Shown: positions 13,401-23,866, numbered from the stretch's first letter. The stretch: 64,000 nucleotides of DNA from Proteromonas lacertae (GCA_002245135.1 NGBS01000871.1:434001-498000); one strand, 5' to 3'. Made by a program: numbers and translations. Notes: generated by a model from the sequence alone, not told the origin.

Positions 13401-15700
13401 TTGAATTATTTAATACAACAAAAAAGAATACTTTAAAATTAGTAAATAAAGTAATCGAGAATATTAAAGAAGATAAATCAAGTGAAAGTGTTCCAGTTGA
13501 TTCTTTAAAGAGTTATTTAGAAACTTCAATATTATTCTTTACAGATGAAACTGTAGAAAATGTAAAGAATAAAGATAATTCTGATTATTATAGTAAATCA
13601 TTATTGAATATAATCTCAAATGTCACATCTATCTATTCAAGTAAAGCAACTACCTCAAGTAACAATAACAACAAAGAGAGTTTAATATTAAAAGGTGAAT
13701 CAGTATCAGTGAATCTAATGAAAAGAAGAGAAGATGAAATGATATTGAAAACTGATGAAAGTGAGATAGAATTAAGTGAAGAAGTGAAGGGAGATACAGT
13801 AGAAGTAATCGAATGGAATAACATTCCATATAATGATATAAGAGATGAAAACTTAACCTCAGGTTTAATAAGTATAAGTATTCATGACAATGAAGGCAAA
13901 AGAAACATCAAAGATATCGAAAAACCAATATTCTTTACTCAGAAAGTAAGTAATTATGGAAGTTTAAAAGATATTGAATGTAGTTATTATGATGAAGAAT
14001 TAGGTAAAATGACATTTGAAGGTGTTTATATATATTATATCGAAGAAATGAGTAATAATACAGCTTTAGTAACGTGTGCAACAATCCATTTAAGTTCCTT
14101 CTCAACAAAAGTAGAAAGAATCTTACCTAAAATGAATTTTGTAAATCCCATTAGTGATGCTCATTTATTAGGTAATTACAATAAAGAAAATATGATAGTT
14201 CCAATTATCTTAAGTGTAGTGATAGTAGTATGTTGTATATCTTGGTTATACGCCAAATATACTGATAGTTCTGAATTATCAATAGTATCCAATGAAAAAG
14301 CTGAAAAATTCTTAAGTGTTGGATTATTAGATGAAACAATTGCTGAAAAGAAACATGAGAAAGAAGCCAAATCGTTTTTATCCAAATTCTTAATGAATAT
14401 GAAACAACATCATAGTTGGTTAGCTCCAACATTGAGACCAGTGGATGAGATAGTAGTAATAAATCGAAGTCAAAGAATCCTATGTTTAACATGTCAATTA
14501 ATGACAAGTACAGCTATAAATGCTTTATTCTTTGGAAGTAGTCCTGAAAATGTAGGTCAATTAATCTCCACTTCAATAATTTCCACATTGTGTATGTTAC
14601 CTTGCACATTAATAATTCCTTGGTTATATAAATATGCTAATGGTTGTTCATCTAAAACAATTAGTAATAAACGAAAATGGTTTACAATCAAATCCTTGAG
14701 AAATCGATTTAAGAGTTATTTATCGAGTGGTATTTCAACTCCTGAATTGTTAAGATTAAAAGCTGGTTTATTAATAACAACAGGAATCTTATTATTGGTT
14801 TGTATTTTATTCTATATAATCTCATTGATAATAATGCCATTTGGTGCTCCATCTTTAATAACAACATTATGTTTAATAATAATGATAATTGAAATGTTAT
14901 TCAGTTTCATTTGTAGTAATATCTTATCGAAACCTGGTTTTATCTACTTATTTGTAGTTGATTTATTGATATTTATAGTGAATGTGATATTCTTAATCAT
15001 TTGTGCTTGTCTATCCAACAAAAGTTATGGAATTATCTATAATATGTGGAAAGTTTTTTCAAAGAATGTAGCAACCAAAGAATTCAATAAATATATCGAA
15101 AATAATTTAGATTGTTGTGGTTTCTATGATATAAATGATTATAATGTAAATGATTGTTTAGAGAAATCCTTAAGTGTTGAAGTAATTCGAAGTTGTGATG
15201 TTCCTTTAAGTGATACATTTAATAAATATTCTGGAATGTGGGGTATATTCTTCATATTATCAATCTTATTGATGTTAATAAAAATGTCAATGATAGGTGG
15301 ATATATGCTAGTGAATATGAACAAAATAATAAGTGAAGAAAATGATTATGATAATGAAATAACAAAAATTGCAGGAAATAAAATGATAAATTTCTTAAGA
15401 CGAAGTGTGATGATAAACAAAATTAAAAGAAAGAAAGAATATGTAGAATGGTTAAGACAAAGAAGAATTAGAAGCACAATAACTGTTTGTGTTAATACAA
15501 CTGTGTTTATTTACATAGTGATAATGATTTATATCAATTTATTATATGGAGTAAAATTTGCTCCAAATCAAGCCAATAGTTGGATAATATCTTCAGCTAT
15601 TTCAATGTCAATCGATTTCTTAATTCAACAACCATCTTTGATATTGTTGAATTCAGTAGCTACTTCCACAATGGGTGCAGTGTTGAACTTTGCTGGTTAA
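7493..15700 (+). CDS. Polycystin-1/REJ-like multipass membrane protein (signal peptide, REJ, EGF, TSP1, GPS, multiple TM)
   Basis: Signal peptide; REJ motifs (LDISKSYDPD..YKWEC, PPSGG..SSGW); EGF (CLNEGNC..CNCTSEYTGKYC); TSP1 (DGKWSEWSGWSDC..RNRKCDSP); GPS (CSYYD..CATIHLSSF); polycystin TM motifs (HHSW..RSQRILC, YGVKF..W..D....P). Single 2735-aa ORF. Confidence 0.85.
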   Translation: MHFKSRIALTGLFLLVLSGAFASVERLGKGGGYKDDVKKNRGLSGSIYQLEGGQRDMVTSGPIDIAAEVERIYGKEELTLRYTVNDNTPQSFRLFNGASNVVLVANLELVVEIDDKRSDKTSPIKFGTNGIFDALPKLKKMAHVTVRFTSDVSIDLTTGNKGIIANSITISKDSSYSTKQILQDIGIYFTNKDKPITLTASILNDGSALLFGSITYGEVLNDDYYFSGLFVIGDNLIVSRSSDNKQQLSFSLVNKDLQSKISHYIFDVNTLTVTDVSTTSLIFNLLSYTNVGVKNSFILIREGLDNPSSSNSVTINSISFVSKVIDNTWIDIKIKSIQMLSTFNAISSASDSFENSYLILRVTSDAIIQYQSIYYLGSAFAGLIKNSYIQLIEFTSTVEPKLSSSSLASGSKGYLIGNGKIITGIEKIEEDAFINDASTKLTGYLVGQDSSGKSVIYLKLMPYYNSKYIVDVYKTFVKTGIEFNKDDKYLKINNVIVYDEYDENVVFNNAGERHDNFVYVGLLYPPSEDVTINGECSGDADQIDCNADPHTFNYDRYMIDSTYSLPLKIPESSTKVCIEVTTESVEVTFDGFSKKICHTLYNANYVPTIPPGGLECTEGEKCKFSINLKGIATGMFSSTVTISGGEPFNSGTAFCGVSYCSLDFTYPRNNIDDDDIYQVELFVKIKFIGINSGTGTIKVNVHDADTSGITARVVVNENSAIEDNVATVYFKLDTIPFNPVTINYICPSSLKCESDGLNDISDMTEHSVTVKREYTTIYDYSKENTVFTMMFLSSTSNDLKYANVKPSDQTITVKNDLKPEIIITEKSISYECGQSDSPKYHISYRRTPKTSIVITPKYDVENLNVKPNSGVLQDGKNELIISVDPIKVCRGNVSYEITHRIETEDELYKNVEIGSIMFNNIVYENQLDLTSPPVLQYVSESDTSYTLNIEFDKKCFIDNVVINQEFDCTKIFKQNNYQMTKCRMIDDTHFIANYTNKNANSDLLIIVEGVIRASDTGVRTSSGSRSIFGRSLPPYVVTADFSDDGSKIIVEFDQNIVEGISNLAEPCSKILSNTNLGTNAMCRLTSPRIMEISLSSDATIALKNFITIKPDSGIKSVKDHLYSANGISTVNAPTSPTKITAVINAPDEMGECATISVDGSLSQSHGGRKPTYIWGYSTEDSYIPTEDLKNCIKNANSKNEAALSIKGTYLNKGKNIITLKIKSFLNIESDIVYKTINSKKDGASIEATITGNSIQNYTKLGSFAISAKGKISVCDAVSDMNIKFEWSGLNKDTKKELDISQFTTANPRILNIPSKSLEIGNYVFTVKVTSSDDSLTSSSSIIVNIIPSDLVVVLSDGGNDRIQSDSSPLILDISKSYDPDEYDNEFNYKWECVMNGISQCIDVDGKALEFEMKSIITIKENVLRKDNIYIFTGRVLSKKTDRSSSISINVKVIEEKIDLSIHLKVSSVDHIYNPTDIFSIEGEIITSLSDLSEVSYKWSYPKNELNTNMFIGSIESDKIVVDCNKLSYGKESVLFTLSYKKMIFTSEYLFEIHSPPSGGYLVVSNKSVNFGEEIEITSSGWISKNKLYYRFGVLFSENNIQFVNDYSLNNKYKGYIPTGNAANHYKVTIVVKVKDERNAISYSNKYENGEEVIVISNPLQLDNAEQAHDTINNMIDKAKNVSEYDQIYTIVNSVSNQLVAGVCNLSNSDENKNVCLNEGNCVNNFCNCTSEYTGKYCENHKPIDCELSSEYEYGEYDRSCGIGHRKRWHPIKRNAEYGGKECEIIIEEDKSVYLGVCTDDVDGKWSEWSGWSDCDAVCSVYNNINVYGIEKRNRKCDSPKPSGNGKYCEGESVESRRCVKSCIAPYKPCPGQTINNNGEVVGRECNGNGICEYSNKPCFAYQAGCISYCICNNEYAGDSCNIELSELQKKRQMNDILAKSLEEAFNHSTNSLESHSLLSTSLLNLANPPVELFNTTKKNTLKLVNKVIENIKEDKSSESVPVDSLKSYLETSILFFTDETVENVKNKDNSDYYSKSLLNIISNVTSIYSSKATTSSNNNNKESLILKGESVSVNLMKRREDEMILKTDESEIELSEEVKGDTVEVIEWNNIPYNDIRDENLTSGLISISIHDNEGKRNIKDIEKPIFFTQKVSNYGSLKDIECSYYDEELGKMTFEGVYIYYIEEMSNNTALVTCATIHLSSFSTKVERILPKMNFVNPISDAHLLGNYNKENMIVPIILSVVIVVCCISWLYAKYTDSSELSIVSNEKAEKFLSVGLLDETIAEKKHEKEAKSFLSKFLMNMKQHHSWLAPTLRPVDEIVVINRSQRILCLTCQLMTSTAINALFFGSSPENVGQLISTSIISTLCMLPCTLIIPWLYKYANGCSSKTISNKRKWFTIKSLRNRFKSYLSSGISTPELLRLKAGLLITTGILLLVCILFYIISLIIMPFGAPSLITTLCLIIMIIEMLFSFICSNILSKPGFIYLFVVDLLIFIVNVIFLIICACLSNKSYGIIYNMWKVFSKNVATKEFNKYIENNLDCCGFYDINDYNVNDCLEKSLSVEVIRSCDVPLSDTFNKYSGMWGIFFILSILLMLIKMSMIGGYMLVNMNKIISEENDYDNEITKIAGNKMINFLRRSVMINKIKRKKEYVEWLRQRRIRSTITVCVNTTVFIYIVIMIYINLLYGVKFAPNQANSWIISSAISMSIDFLIQQPSLILLNSVATSTMGAVLNFAG

Positions 15701-16285
15701 ATGAAGAAATGATATTGAAGATGATTATCTCTCTTATAAAAGACATTTATTATTATTAAAACTTACCATGAAGATAAAATTGTTTTTGTTAAGGGATTTT
15801 AATAACAATATACATATAAAACCTTTCATAAACATGAAAATAAAGATTTAAATGATGTGGGGATATTTTAAGCCAAAATTTCCACACATGTTCAAATAAA
15901 GAAATGTTGTAAAGTGAGCTGTATGGATAAATTACCATCGAGATTTGGTATATTTTTTACATTGTTGTGTGAGATTAACAAAAATCGAAAATAGTTTGTA
16001 AATGAGGTAGATATAAAAGTAGAATATTGAAAAGAGTATATGAATGAAAAATATGATTACTATATTCATGTAAGAAGATAAATAACTGATATTGTGATAA
16101 TACTATTTTTTCTTTCATTATTCAAATTGTTAAGAACAATTCATTGTATAGTTATACAAAATGAATAATCATATCAAATAATATGTGTATACAAATATTT
16201 ACAATAAATGATACAAACTGTGCAAATCTTTTACAAATTGTTTATATTTGAAGTAGTTATTAGAGAATATCGAAGAATATATACA

Positions 16286-16293
16286 AACAAACA
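16286..16293 (-). promoter_or_regulatory. TGTTTGTT putative polyadenylation downstream element (also 28768-28775 and 31536-31543)
   Basis: Exact motif 22-35 nt downstream of three minus-strand stop codons; this is the known Blastocystis poly(A)-associated motif. Confidence 0.55.
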
Positions 16294-16327
16294 ATGTGCA
16301 ATATAATCATTTACTTTATAATTAATC

Positions 16328-17798
16328 TTATAAATACAATAACACCATCAACAATAACAATATCATATTCTTCAATCCAAATTCCATATAAATATTACTT
16401 TCATCATTATTAGTTCCAATTGGCCAAAATTCAAAAGTCACACTTAAACCACTGTTTGGAGTTGCTAATAAAAATTCTTCTTCATTATAGTCTACACTAG
16501 TTGAACTACTTATATTCAATGTTGAAATACTTCGAATTTGAATTTCATTATTAAAGAATTCTTCATTATTACTTCTCAATAAAAATTCACTTCGAATATG
16601 TTTTAAATGATCAGTTATTAATCGATTATCACCACTTGTATTGTATAAATCATTTGCTTTTAATAATTCTAATAAACTTAAATAAGCATCAGTTTGTTCA
16701 TCCATTGTTCCACTGTCTTGACCTAAATCTCCACTGTAGATTGTCATTATATTATATTCTTCATTATTCTTTTTAAATTCTTTTATTGTTTTACTCACTT
16801 CATTTTCAATCTTTATTAAATAATCATTTAAACTAGCTATATAACTACTTTCATCATTTGGCAATATACTGTTGATTAAAAATACTATTCGATTACTTCC
16901 TATATCTATTCCACTTATCACTGATCCATAAATTCGATTATATTCTTCATCTACTCCCAGATTTATATAATTACAAATTGTTATTGGATATTTACTTAAT
17001 ATTAATAAGCCATTATCATCTTTTGAGTTTTCATCACTTCTTGGCATTGCAATGTGATATTTATAACTATTAAATGTGTTTAGAATAAATAATTCTTGTA
17101 GATGTTTTGGAGCATTTTGAATTGAGATTATTGTATTTGTATCTTGTAATGAATAATATACATCTTTGATTCTTTCAATATCATTGGCTTCATTTGTTTC
17201 ACCAAACATATCGATTGTGGTTATTGTCAAGGTTTTTCTTGTACTTAATTTTGTTTTGGGATATATTGTACAAGCAGGATAATCAATATGATTACATATT
17301 TTGGATGGTTTCACATTTACTCCACTATATTCTCTTACTCCATCATGAGTCCATAATCTCAACTGTAAAGCAATTTCTACTTTTTGAGATTCACCAACTT
17401 TATTTAAACATCTCATATTAAACATCCATCTATTCATTATTATCAATAAAAACATATTTATACTTTTGTTGTTCTTTTGGAACATATCCACTCATTGGAA
17501 TGTCTAAATATCCCATCAGAAGTGTTGGATCTACTGGAGATATTATGAACTCATATTTTTCTGTATAATCTTCTGCTTCATCAGTCCACCATGAAAAACT
17601 AGCAAATGTCATGTTATCAGGCATAGCAATACTGCTAGCAAAGCTAATGATTTCCTTATCAGCTACACCATAATCTAAAAGCAACACATCCTTCGCAACA
17701 TTTTCAACGAACATGCTAATATCAATAGTGACTGACACTCCAGAACCATCACAATTCACACCAACTATAACTAAAGAAAGAATTAAGAAGAAGTTCAT
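16328..17798 (-). CDS. Secreted, probably GPI-anchored protein with a degenerate endonuclease/exonuclease/phosphatase (sphingomyelinase-like) domain; 2 exons
   Basis: Signal peptide MNFFLILSLVIVGVNC; 34-nt GT-AG intron 17430-17463 joins the two ORFs; GLLILSKYPI and IYSGDLG motifs; hydrophobic C-terminus MILLLLMVLLYL. Confidence 0.65.
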
Positions 17799-18276
17799 TT
17801 GTTGTGTTTAATAGAGTCGTTACACATGATAAAGCAATTAATATGTAACTTAATACAATTTAAGCCTCGTTGCACCTTTAAAACGAATATAAATTTTAGA
17901 AGAATTTTTTTCTAAGGTCTTTTTGTCTTAACACTGAATAGACAGTGAATAAAATAATTAGAATTGATATGAACAGTAAATGTAGAATATATTTAAGGTA
18001 GTCTAGACAGTTTAAGAAGTGTGTTTTAAATGACCACCCTTTTTGTTTTGATTAACAAAACAGACAAATGAATAGAATCTTAATATTATAAGATATTCAT
18101 ATGGTTTAATTATGTATTTTCTAATTGACATTTCGATTTTCTAAAACTAAAGCAATTAAATGCAATGTTTATGATTTGAATTTTATTGTTATATGATTTA
18201 TTTCCTCATAAAATCTTTATTTAATAATAAATGAAATTTTAGACTATCCAAAATTTTCGTTAACCATTTATTTAAA

Positions 18277-20235
18277 ATGAATTTTGCTGCTCCATCATTT
18301 AGTCCCAGTTTATATAAGCCAGCAACAAGTAAAAAATTAGACCGCAATTTATCAGAACTGTATATTACATATGATTATATGTAGAGCACGAAGATCTCCT
18401 GTACCATCTGCAGTAGCAAAATGGATAGAAACGCATTCAGATAATCATTCAAATGTATATTTTATTAGCTATATTTTATAGGCTGGTAATACATGTATCA
18501 ATACTTCAATAAATATACTTCAAAACACTAATGTAAACACAGTATTATATAAAATGGAATATAGTTAATGTTATATAATAGCCTATATCTTCACTAATAA
18601 ACAAAACACCTGAAAATTTAACATTATCAAAAAGAAGAGAATCATCTACATCATCGGTATAATATATAATTTGATAATAATTAGAGATCTAGTAGACCTA
18701 GTACTAAATTCATATCTCCGAAAATAAATCCTAAAGAAAATGATTTAGATAGATCAGATAATTCAATGAATCTATCACAAAGTTTTAAAGAAGAAGAAGA
18801 AGAAGATGGTAATGATGATGATGATGATGAAATAAATAATGAAAAAGAAGAAAAAGAAGAAGTAATGATAAAACCTAAAACTATGAATAAAAATAAAAAT
18901 AAAGAAGAAGAAGAAGAAGAAGAAGAAGAAGAAGAAGAAGAAGAAAAGGAGGAAATAAAAAGGGTTACTAGAAATAAAAAAGAAAAAAAGATTAAATCAA
19001 CAAAAAGACAAAAGGAAATACAAAATAAACAATCAAAATCTAAAACAAAACCATCTACAAAGAATATAGAAATAGAAAATGTATATATATATATATATAT
19101 ATATATTATTTGAGTAGTTTACATTTGAATCATTATTAGGATTATCTCTAAGCCATGATGATGATAATGATGATGATAAAGATAATCAAATAAAGAAAAA
19201 GAAAAATCCAAAAGTCAAAATCGTATATGATTGATTAATATATTCATATTTATTAATTTATAGACTGCAATTCAAAATAAAAGAAAGAATAAAATGAAAT
19301 CTACTCATTCACCATCTCCAACTAAATCAAATTCAATTAATTTTACTGTATTATATTATTATTATTATATATAGGAGTTGTTTGAGGATATAATGATGAA
19401 ATGTGATAATAAAGAATCATCTTCACAAAATTCTAACATTATTAAAGAACAACCTAAGAAAAGAAGAGGAAGAAGAAGAAAAATAGAACCTCCTCCAGAA
19501 GAAGAAGAAGAAGAAGATAAGAACACTACTGATAAACCAAATCTTAAGAATAAGAAAAGAAAATTAAGTACATCATCTGCTTCAACATCATCACCAACTG
19601 GTCCATTATTATCCGTTTCAAGAAGTGGAAGAATCTGTTCAACTCCATTAAAACATTACCAAAACGAAGGATTGAAAGTAACAAAAGATAATAAAGTAGA
19701 TATTATTTCATCAACTCCAGTGGAATGGAATGATGAAGATGTTTCTAAATTGAAAGATGTAGTGATGGAACATAGACCTGACACTCCGTTATTATGGGAA
19801 AAAGTAGGGAAATTATTGCATAAAGATCCAATAGAATGTTCAACTAAATATCTGTTGGATAATGATAATAGAAAGAAAAATGGTAAAAGGAAAAATACAG
19901 AAAAAGATAATGTAGTAGTAGAAGAAGAAAAAGTAAAGAAATTATTAAACAAACCGCTAGGTGGAAAAGGTACGATAAAAAGAAAACAACAACTTAGAGA
20001 ATATATTAAAACGAAGAATAATGGAACAAATGATGATTTATTCAGTGAAATTAAATTGAAAAATTATTTAGTTGATGATGTATTATCTCCACCCGTAACA
20101 TCTCACACTATTTCACATACTAGAAATGATAACAGTAGTATAGATGAAGATATCACTCCAATAATACTTAGAAGTGCTGATATGAATGAAACAGACAGAT
20201 ATATTCAGAATATAAAAAAACAAAAATTCAAATAA
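18277..20235 (+). CDS. M18BP1/KNL2-like centromere protein (CENP-C-like motif plus SANT/Myb domain); multi-exon
   Basis: SRSGRICSTPLKHY (CENP-C-like motif); SANT WNDEDVSKL..LLWEKVGKLL..DPIECSTKY; GTIKRKQQLREYI..DDLFS, similar to the vertebrate M18BP1 C-terminus. About seven short GT-AG introns in the 5' half. Confidence 0.65.
18903..18946 (+). repeat. (GAA)n trinucleotide repeat encoding poly-Glu
   Basis: Uninterrupted gaagaagaa run in an exon. Confidence 0.9.
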
Positions 20236-20315
20236 TAAATAATTATTAATAATTTAAAAAATAATTAATATTTTTGTTGTTGAAAGAAATTGAAAAATAA
20301 CAAATATATAAATAA

Positions 20316-21380
20316 TTAACAATAATCAATACCAAATACCATTAAATAGTGCCAATCTCTATCATTCAATAGATTTTGAACATTTTTCTCAAATTCTTCT
20401 ATTTCAAACTCATTATCATTTCCTATATCCAAATGTGTGAGTGTTTTTATATCATCAACAATTATGTCTGTTACTTCTTGCAATCCTTGAGGTGTTATCT
20501 TATTCACTAGAAATAATAACAATAAAAAAAGGATTCTATACTTGCTATATTTAATGAAGTAAAACATGCAAAATTCTTCAATTCTTCCATCAATTCTAAC
20601 AAACCATTATCACTAATTAAGTTTTGATTTAATCCTAAATAATCTAAATGTTCATACAAAGGTTTTAAGGTCAATAAAATTGATGATAAAAGTGTATCAT
20701 CAATTAAATTATTACATAATTCAATACTTCTTAAATTCTTGTAATATATATATTGAAAACCAATATTTATATAAATATCTTCTGTTAATGGTTGATTTTC
20801 TATTGATAATGATCCTAAATACAATATTGTTGATTTTATTGAATTCTCTTTCCATAATATTTTATCTATGTATGGTTTTTGGTTTAAATGTAATCTTTCT
20901 ATTAATAAAATAAATCATCATTATAAATATACTCACTAATCTTCTATATAATGGTTTTGCACAATCTAATACATAAATACAAATAAATAATACAAAACTG
21001 TAGTACTGTGAAAAATAACTCTGCTGCTTCTCTACAGTGATAATCAATATAAAATTGTCTTAAGAATTCCATGAATTCTAATTTTTAAACATTAAATATG
21101 TCATATACTTGATATATGTGATAAAATAATAAGTATTTCATCTATATATTATTAAATATTCAATACCATCCCAAGGAAGTTCATTCAATTGTTTTATTCT
21201 ACTAATAATATTTACATAAGATTCTCCCATCAATTCATATGCCATTTCTTTTATTTCCTTTTCTTTTTTAACTAAATATACGAAAATAGCTCTAAATCAA
21301 TTATACCATCAGGATCTAAGCTTGATAATATGCTACCTAACAATAATAATTTAAAAAAACTTACTTATAGATAAATTCAT
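20316..21380 (-). CDS. Leucine-rich repeat (RNI-like) protein; multi-exon
   Basis: LRSIELCNNLIDD, LDYLGLNQNLISDNG, TSLNIA..NKITPQG, LTHLDIGND; several ~25-35 nt GT-AG introns from the ATG at 21380. Confidence 0.75.
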
Positions 21381-21404
21381 TCAGTTTTCAACAAAAATAA
21401 AAAA
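21367..21404 (+). repeat. 38-bp direct repeat, copy 1 (copy 2 at 30141-30178)
   Basis: atagataaattcattcagttttcaacaaaaataaaaaa is identical at both positions. Confidence 0.9.
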
Positions 21405-21407
21405 CAA

Positions 21408-22702
21408 ACTGTAAATGAAACGAATATATTTTCAATATTTAAAAAACAAAAGAACAAATTCATTTTCATTCATTATAATGGTTTTATTAATTCATTAATC
21501 AATTATAAAAATGATTTAAGAGAGTATTTTTGGATTTTATCTATTCTTCGAAAAGTGTAAAGACAATTGAAGAAAGTATTACTCTAAACAAGATTATGAA
21601 GGTAATGGGTTTATGTATGAGAGGAAGACGTTATAAAATTTAAAAAAATGAAACGAATAAATGACAAACTTTTTGAAACACAAAACTATCGATTTTATTG
21701 GCTATTATAAAAAGATAAAAAGAATGAAAGCTATTGCTTTATTAGTGCTTGTTGCTTTACCATTAGCATTCTGTTACAACCTCAAAGCTCGTGAATACTA
21801 CGAGTATGCGTTTGAGACTTACCGAAGACAATACAAAAAAGAGTATGCTTCAGCTGATGAACATATGTATCGTATGCAAATCTTTGCCAATAACCTTGAC
21901 AAGATTGAAATGCACAACCGTGTTCCAAGTGGTTATAAGATGGGAGTAAACAAGTTCAGTGATATGACCTTAGAAGAATTCAAGAATGCTCATTTCTGTG
22001 GATGTTTCAATGGTGTAAAGAATGCTCCAAAGAATGTTCAAGAATTACACATTCATGCTGCTCCTTCCGTTGATTGGACAAGCAAGGGTGCCGTAACTCC
22101 AGTAAAGGATCAAGCTGCTTGTGGTTCCTGTTGGGCTTTCTCTGCCACTGGTGCTTTAGAAAGTGCTGATTTCTTAAAGAATGGTAAATTATTAAGTTTC
22201 TCTGAACAACAATTAGTAGACTGCAGTGGTAAATATGGCAACAATGGTTGTGGAGGTGGTTTAATGACCAGTGCTTTTGAATATGTAAAAGACAATGGTT
22301 TATGTTTAGAAGAAGATTATCCATACACAGCTAAGGATGAAGTATGTAAAACAACCTGCAAGAGTGCAGTTAAACTCAGCAGTTATGTAAATGTAAAGAC
22401 AAACGAAGAAAGTTTAGCAAAAGCTGTAACTCAACAACCAGTATCAGTAGCTGTATATGCTGATCCATTTATGATGTATCAAAGTGGTATATTCGATGAA
22501 CCTTGTGGTGAATTCTTAGATCATGGTGTATTAGCTGTTGGTTATGGTGAAACTGATGAAGGTGTAAAATACTGGAAAGTAAAGAACAGTTGGGGTGAAG
22601 ATTGGGGTGAGAAAGGTTATATTCGTATGATTAAGGATATTGGTGGAACTGGTGAATGTGGTATTGCTGCCATGTCAACCTACCCAGTTGTTTAAACATT
22701 AT
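21408..22702 (+). repeat. Left arm of a 1295-bp inverted segmental duplication (right arm 28796-30090)
   Basis: Reverse complement of 28796-30090. The encoded proteins are identical; only two substitutions were noticed in the upstream non-coding part. Confidence 0.95.
21724..22695 (+). CDS. Cathepsin L-like cysteine protease (papain family C1A), copy A
   Basis: Signal peptide MKAIALLVLVALPLAFC; I29 propeptide (ERFNIN/GNFD-like); QAACGSCWAF, DHGVLAVGYG, WKVKNSWG; intronless. Confidence 0.97.
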   Translation: MKAIALLVLVALPLAFCYNLKAREYYEYAFETYRRQYKKEYASADEHMYRMQIFANNLDKIEMHNRVPSGYKMGVNKFSDMTLEEFKNAHFCGCFNGVKNAPKNVQELHIHAAPSVDWTSKGAVTPVKDQAACGSCWAFSATGALESADFLKNGKLLSFSEQQLVDCSGKYGNNGCGGGLMTSAFEYVKDNGLCLEEDYPYTAKDEVCKTTCKSAVKLSSYVNVKTNEESLAKAVTQQPVSVAVYADPFMMYQSGIFDEPCGEFLDHGVLAVGYGETDEGVKYWKVKNSWGEDWGEKGYIRMIKDIGGTGECGIAAMSTYPVV

Positions 22703-22894
22703 TTGAAATTAATCTATTTTGTTTTGTTTTAGGTTTTATATTCATAAGAGTAAAAAACAATAGGATGTTGTGAGTGAATGAATGAAGAGTGAAATAAAGT
22801 AGTTAAATTTAAAAGAATGAAACGAATAAATATGACGAGTTATGTGAAACACAAATATCGCTATTTTATTGGCTATTTAAAAAACCTAAAAAGA

Positions 22895-23866
22895 ATGAAA
22901 GCTCTCGCTCTATTAATCCTTGTTGCCTTACCATTAGCATTCTGTGCTAATTTAAGATCAAGACAATACTATGAATACGCTTTTGAAACATTTAGAAGAC
23001 AATATAAAAAAGAGTATGTTTCAGCTGATGAACATATGTATCGTATTCAAGTATTTGCTGACAATCTTGACAAGATTGAAAGTCACAATGCTGGTAAACA
23101 CTCTTATAGTTTGGGAGTGAATAGATTTGCTGATATGACTTTAGAAGAGTTTAAGAATGCAAAATTCTGTGGATGTTATGGAGGTATTCCTGGTGCCAAG
23201 AAGATTTCTCCACATAGAATACATCAATTAAGAAATCACGATGTAGACTGGACAACCCAAGGAGCAGTTACTCCAGTAAAAGATCAAGGTAGATGTGGAT
23301 CATGCTGGGCATTTTCAGCAACTGGTTCATTAGAAAGTGTAAATTACTTAAAGAATGGTAAATTAATCAGTTTATCAGAACAACAATTAGTAGACTGTGC
23401 TTCTGATTATGGTAATTATGGTTGTAATGGTGGTTTAATGACTGGTGCCTTTGATTATGTTAAAGATCATGGTATCTGTGCTGAAGATGATTATCCATAC
23501 AAAGGTGTTGATGGACAATGTAAAACAACATGCAAACCAGTTGTAAAAATCTCATCTTACGTAAGTGTTGAACAAAAAGAAAGTGCTTTAGAAGAAGCTG
23601 TTACCTTAAATCCAGTTTCAGTAGGTATTAACGCTGATCCTTTAATGTTCTACAGAAGTGGTATTTTTGATGGTGAATGTTCAGAACAATTAGATCACGG
23701 TGTGTTAGCTGTAGGTTATGGTATTGCTGATGGTAAGAAGTATTGGAAAGTGAAAAACAGTTGGGGTGAAAGTTGGGGAGAGAAAGGTTATTTCAGATTT
23801 GCTAAAGATATTGGTGGTCATGGTATGTGTGGTATTGTTGCTGATGCTGCCTATCCAGTAGCTTAA
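22895..23866 (+). CDS. Cathepsin L-like cysteine protease, copy B
   Basis: Signal peptide, I29 propeptide, QGRCGSCWAF, DHGV, KNSWG. Confidence 0.97.
   Translation: MKALALLILVALPLAFCANLRSRQYYEYAFETFRRQYKKEYVSADEHMYRIQVFADNLDKIESHNAGKHSYSLGVNRFADMTLEEFKNAKFCGCYGGIPGAKKISPHRIHQLRNHDVDWTTQGAVTPVKDQGRCGSCWAFSATGSLESVNYLKNGKLISLSEQQLVDCASDYGNYGCNGGLMTGAFDYVKDHGICAEDDYPYKGVDGQCKTTCKPVVKISSYVSVEQKESALEEAVTLNPVSVGINADPLMFYRSGIFDGECSEQLDHGVLAVGYGIADGKKYWKVKNSWGESWGEKGYFRFAKDIGGHGMCGIVADAAYPVA

Noticed and set aside
15701..16280. Unusually long AT-rich spacer between convergent genes (possible ncRNA)
   Set aside because: No recognisable tRNA, snRNA or rRNA motif, repeat or stable hairpin by eye; an Rfam scan would be needed.
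21661..21723. N-terminal extensions of the cathepsin ORFs (21661, 22817, 28730, 29837)
   Set aside because: The downstream ATG begins a canonical signal peptide shared by all paralogs; the extensions are probably promoter or UTR.
22007..22324. Antisense short ORFs over the cathepsins and the large genes (and mirror copies at 29174-29491)
   Set aside because: Shadow ORFs on the reverse strand of real genes, with no motifs.
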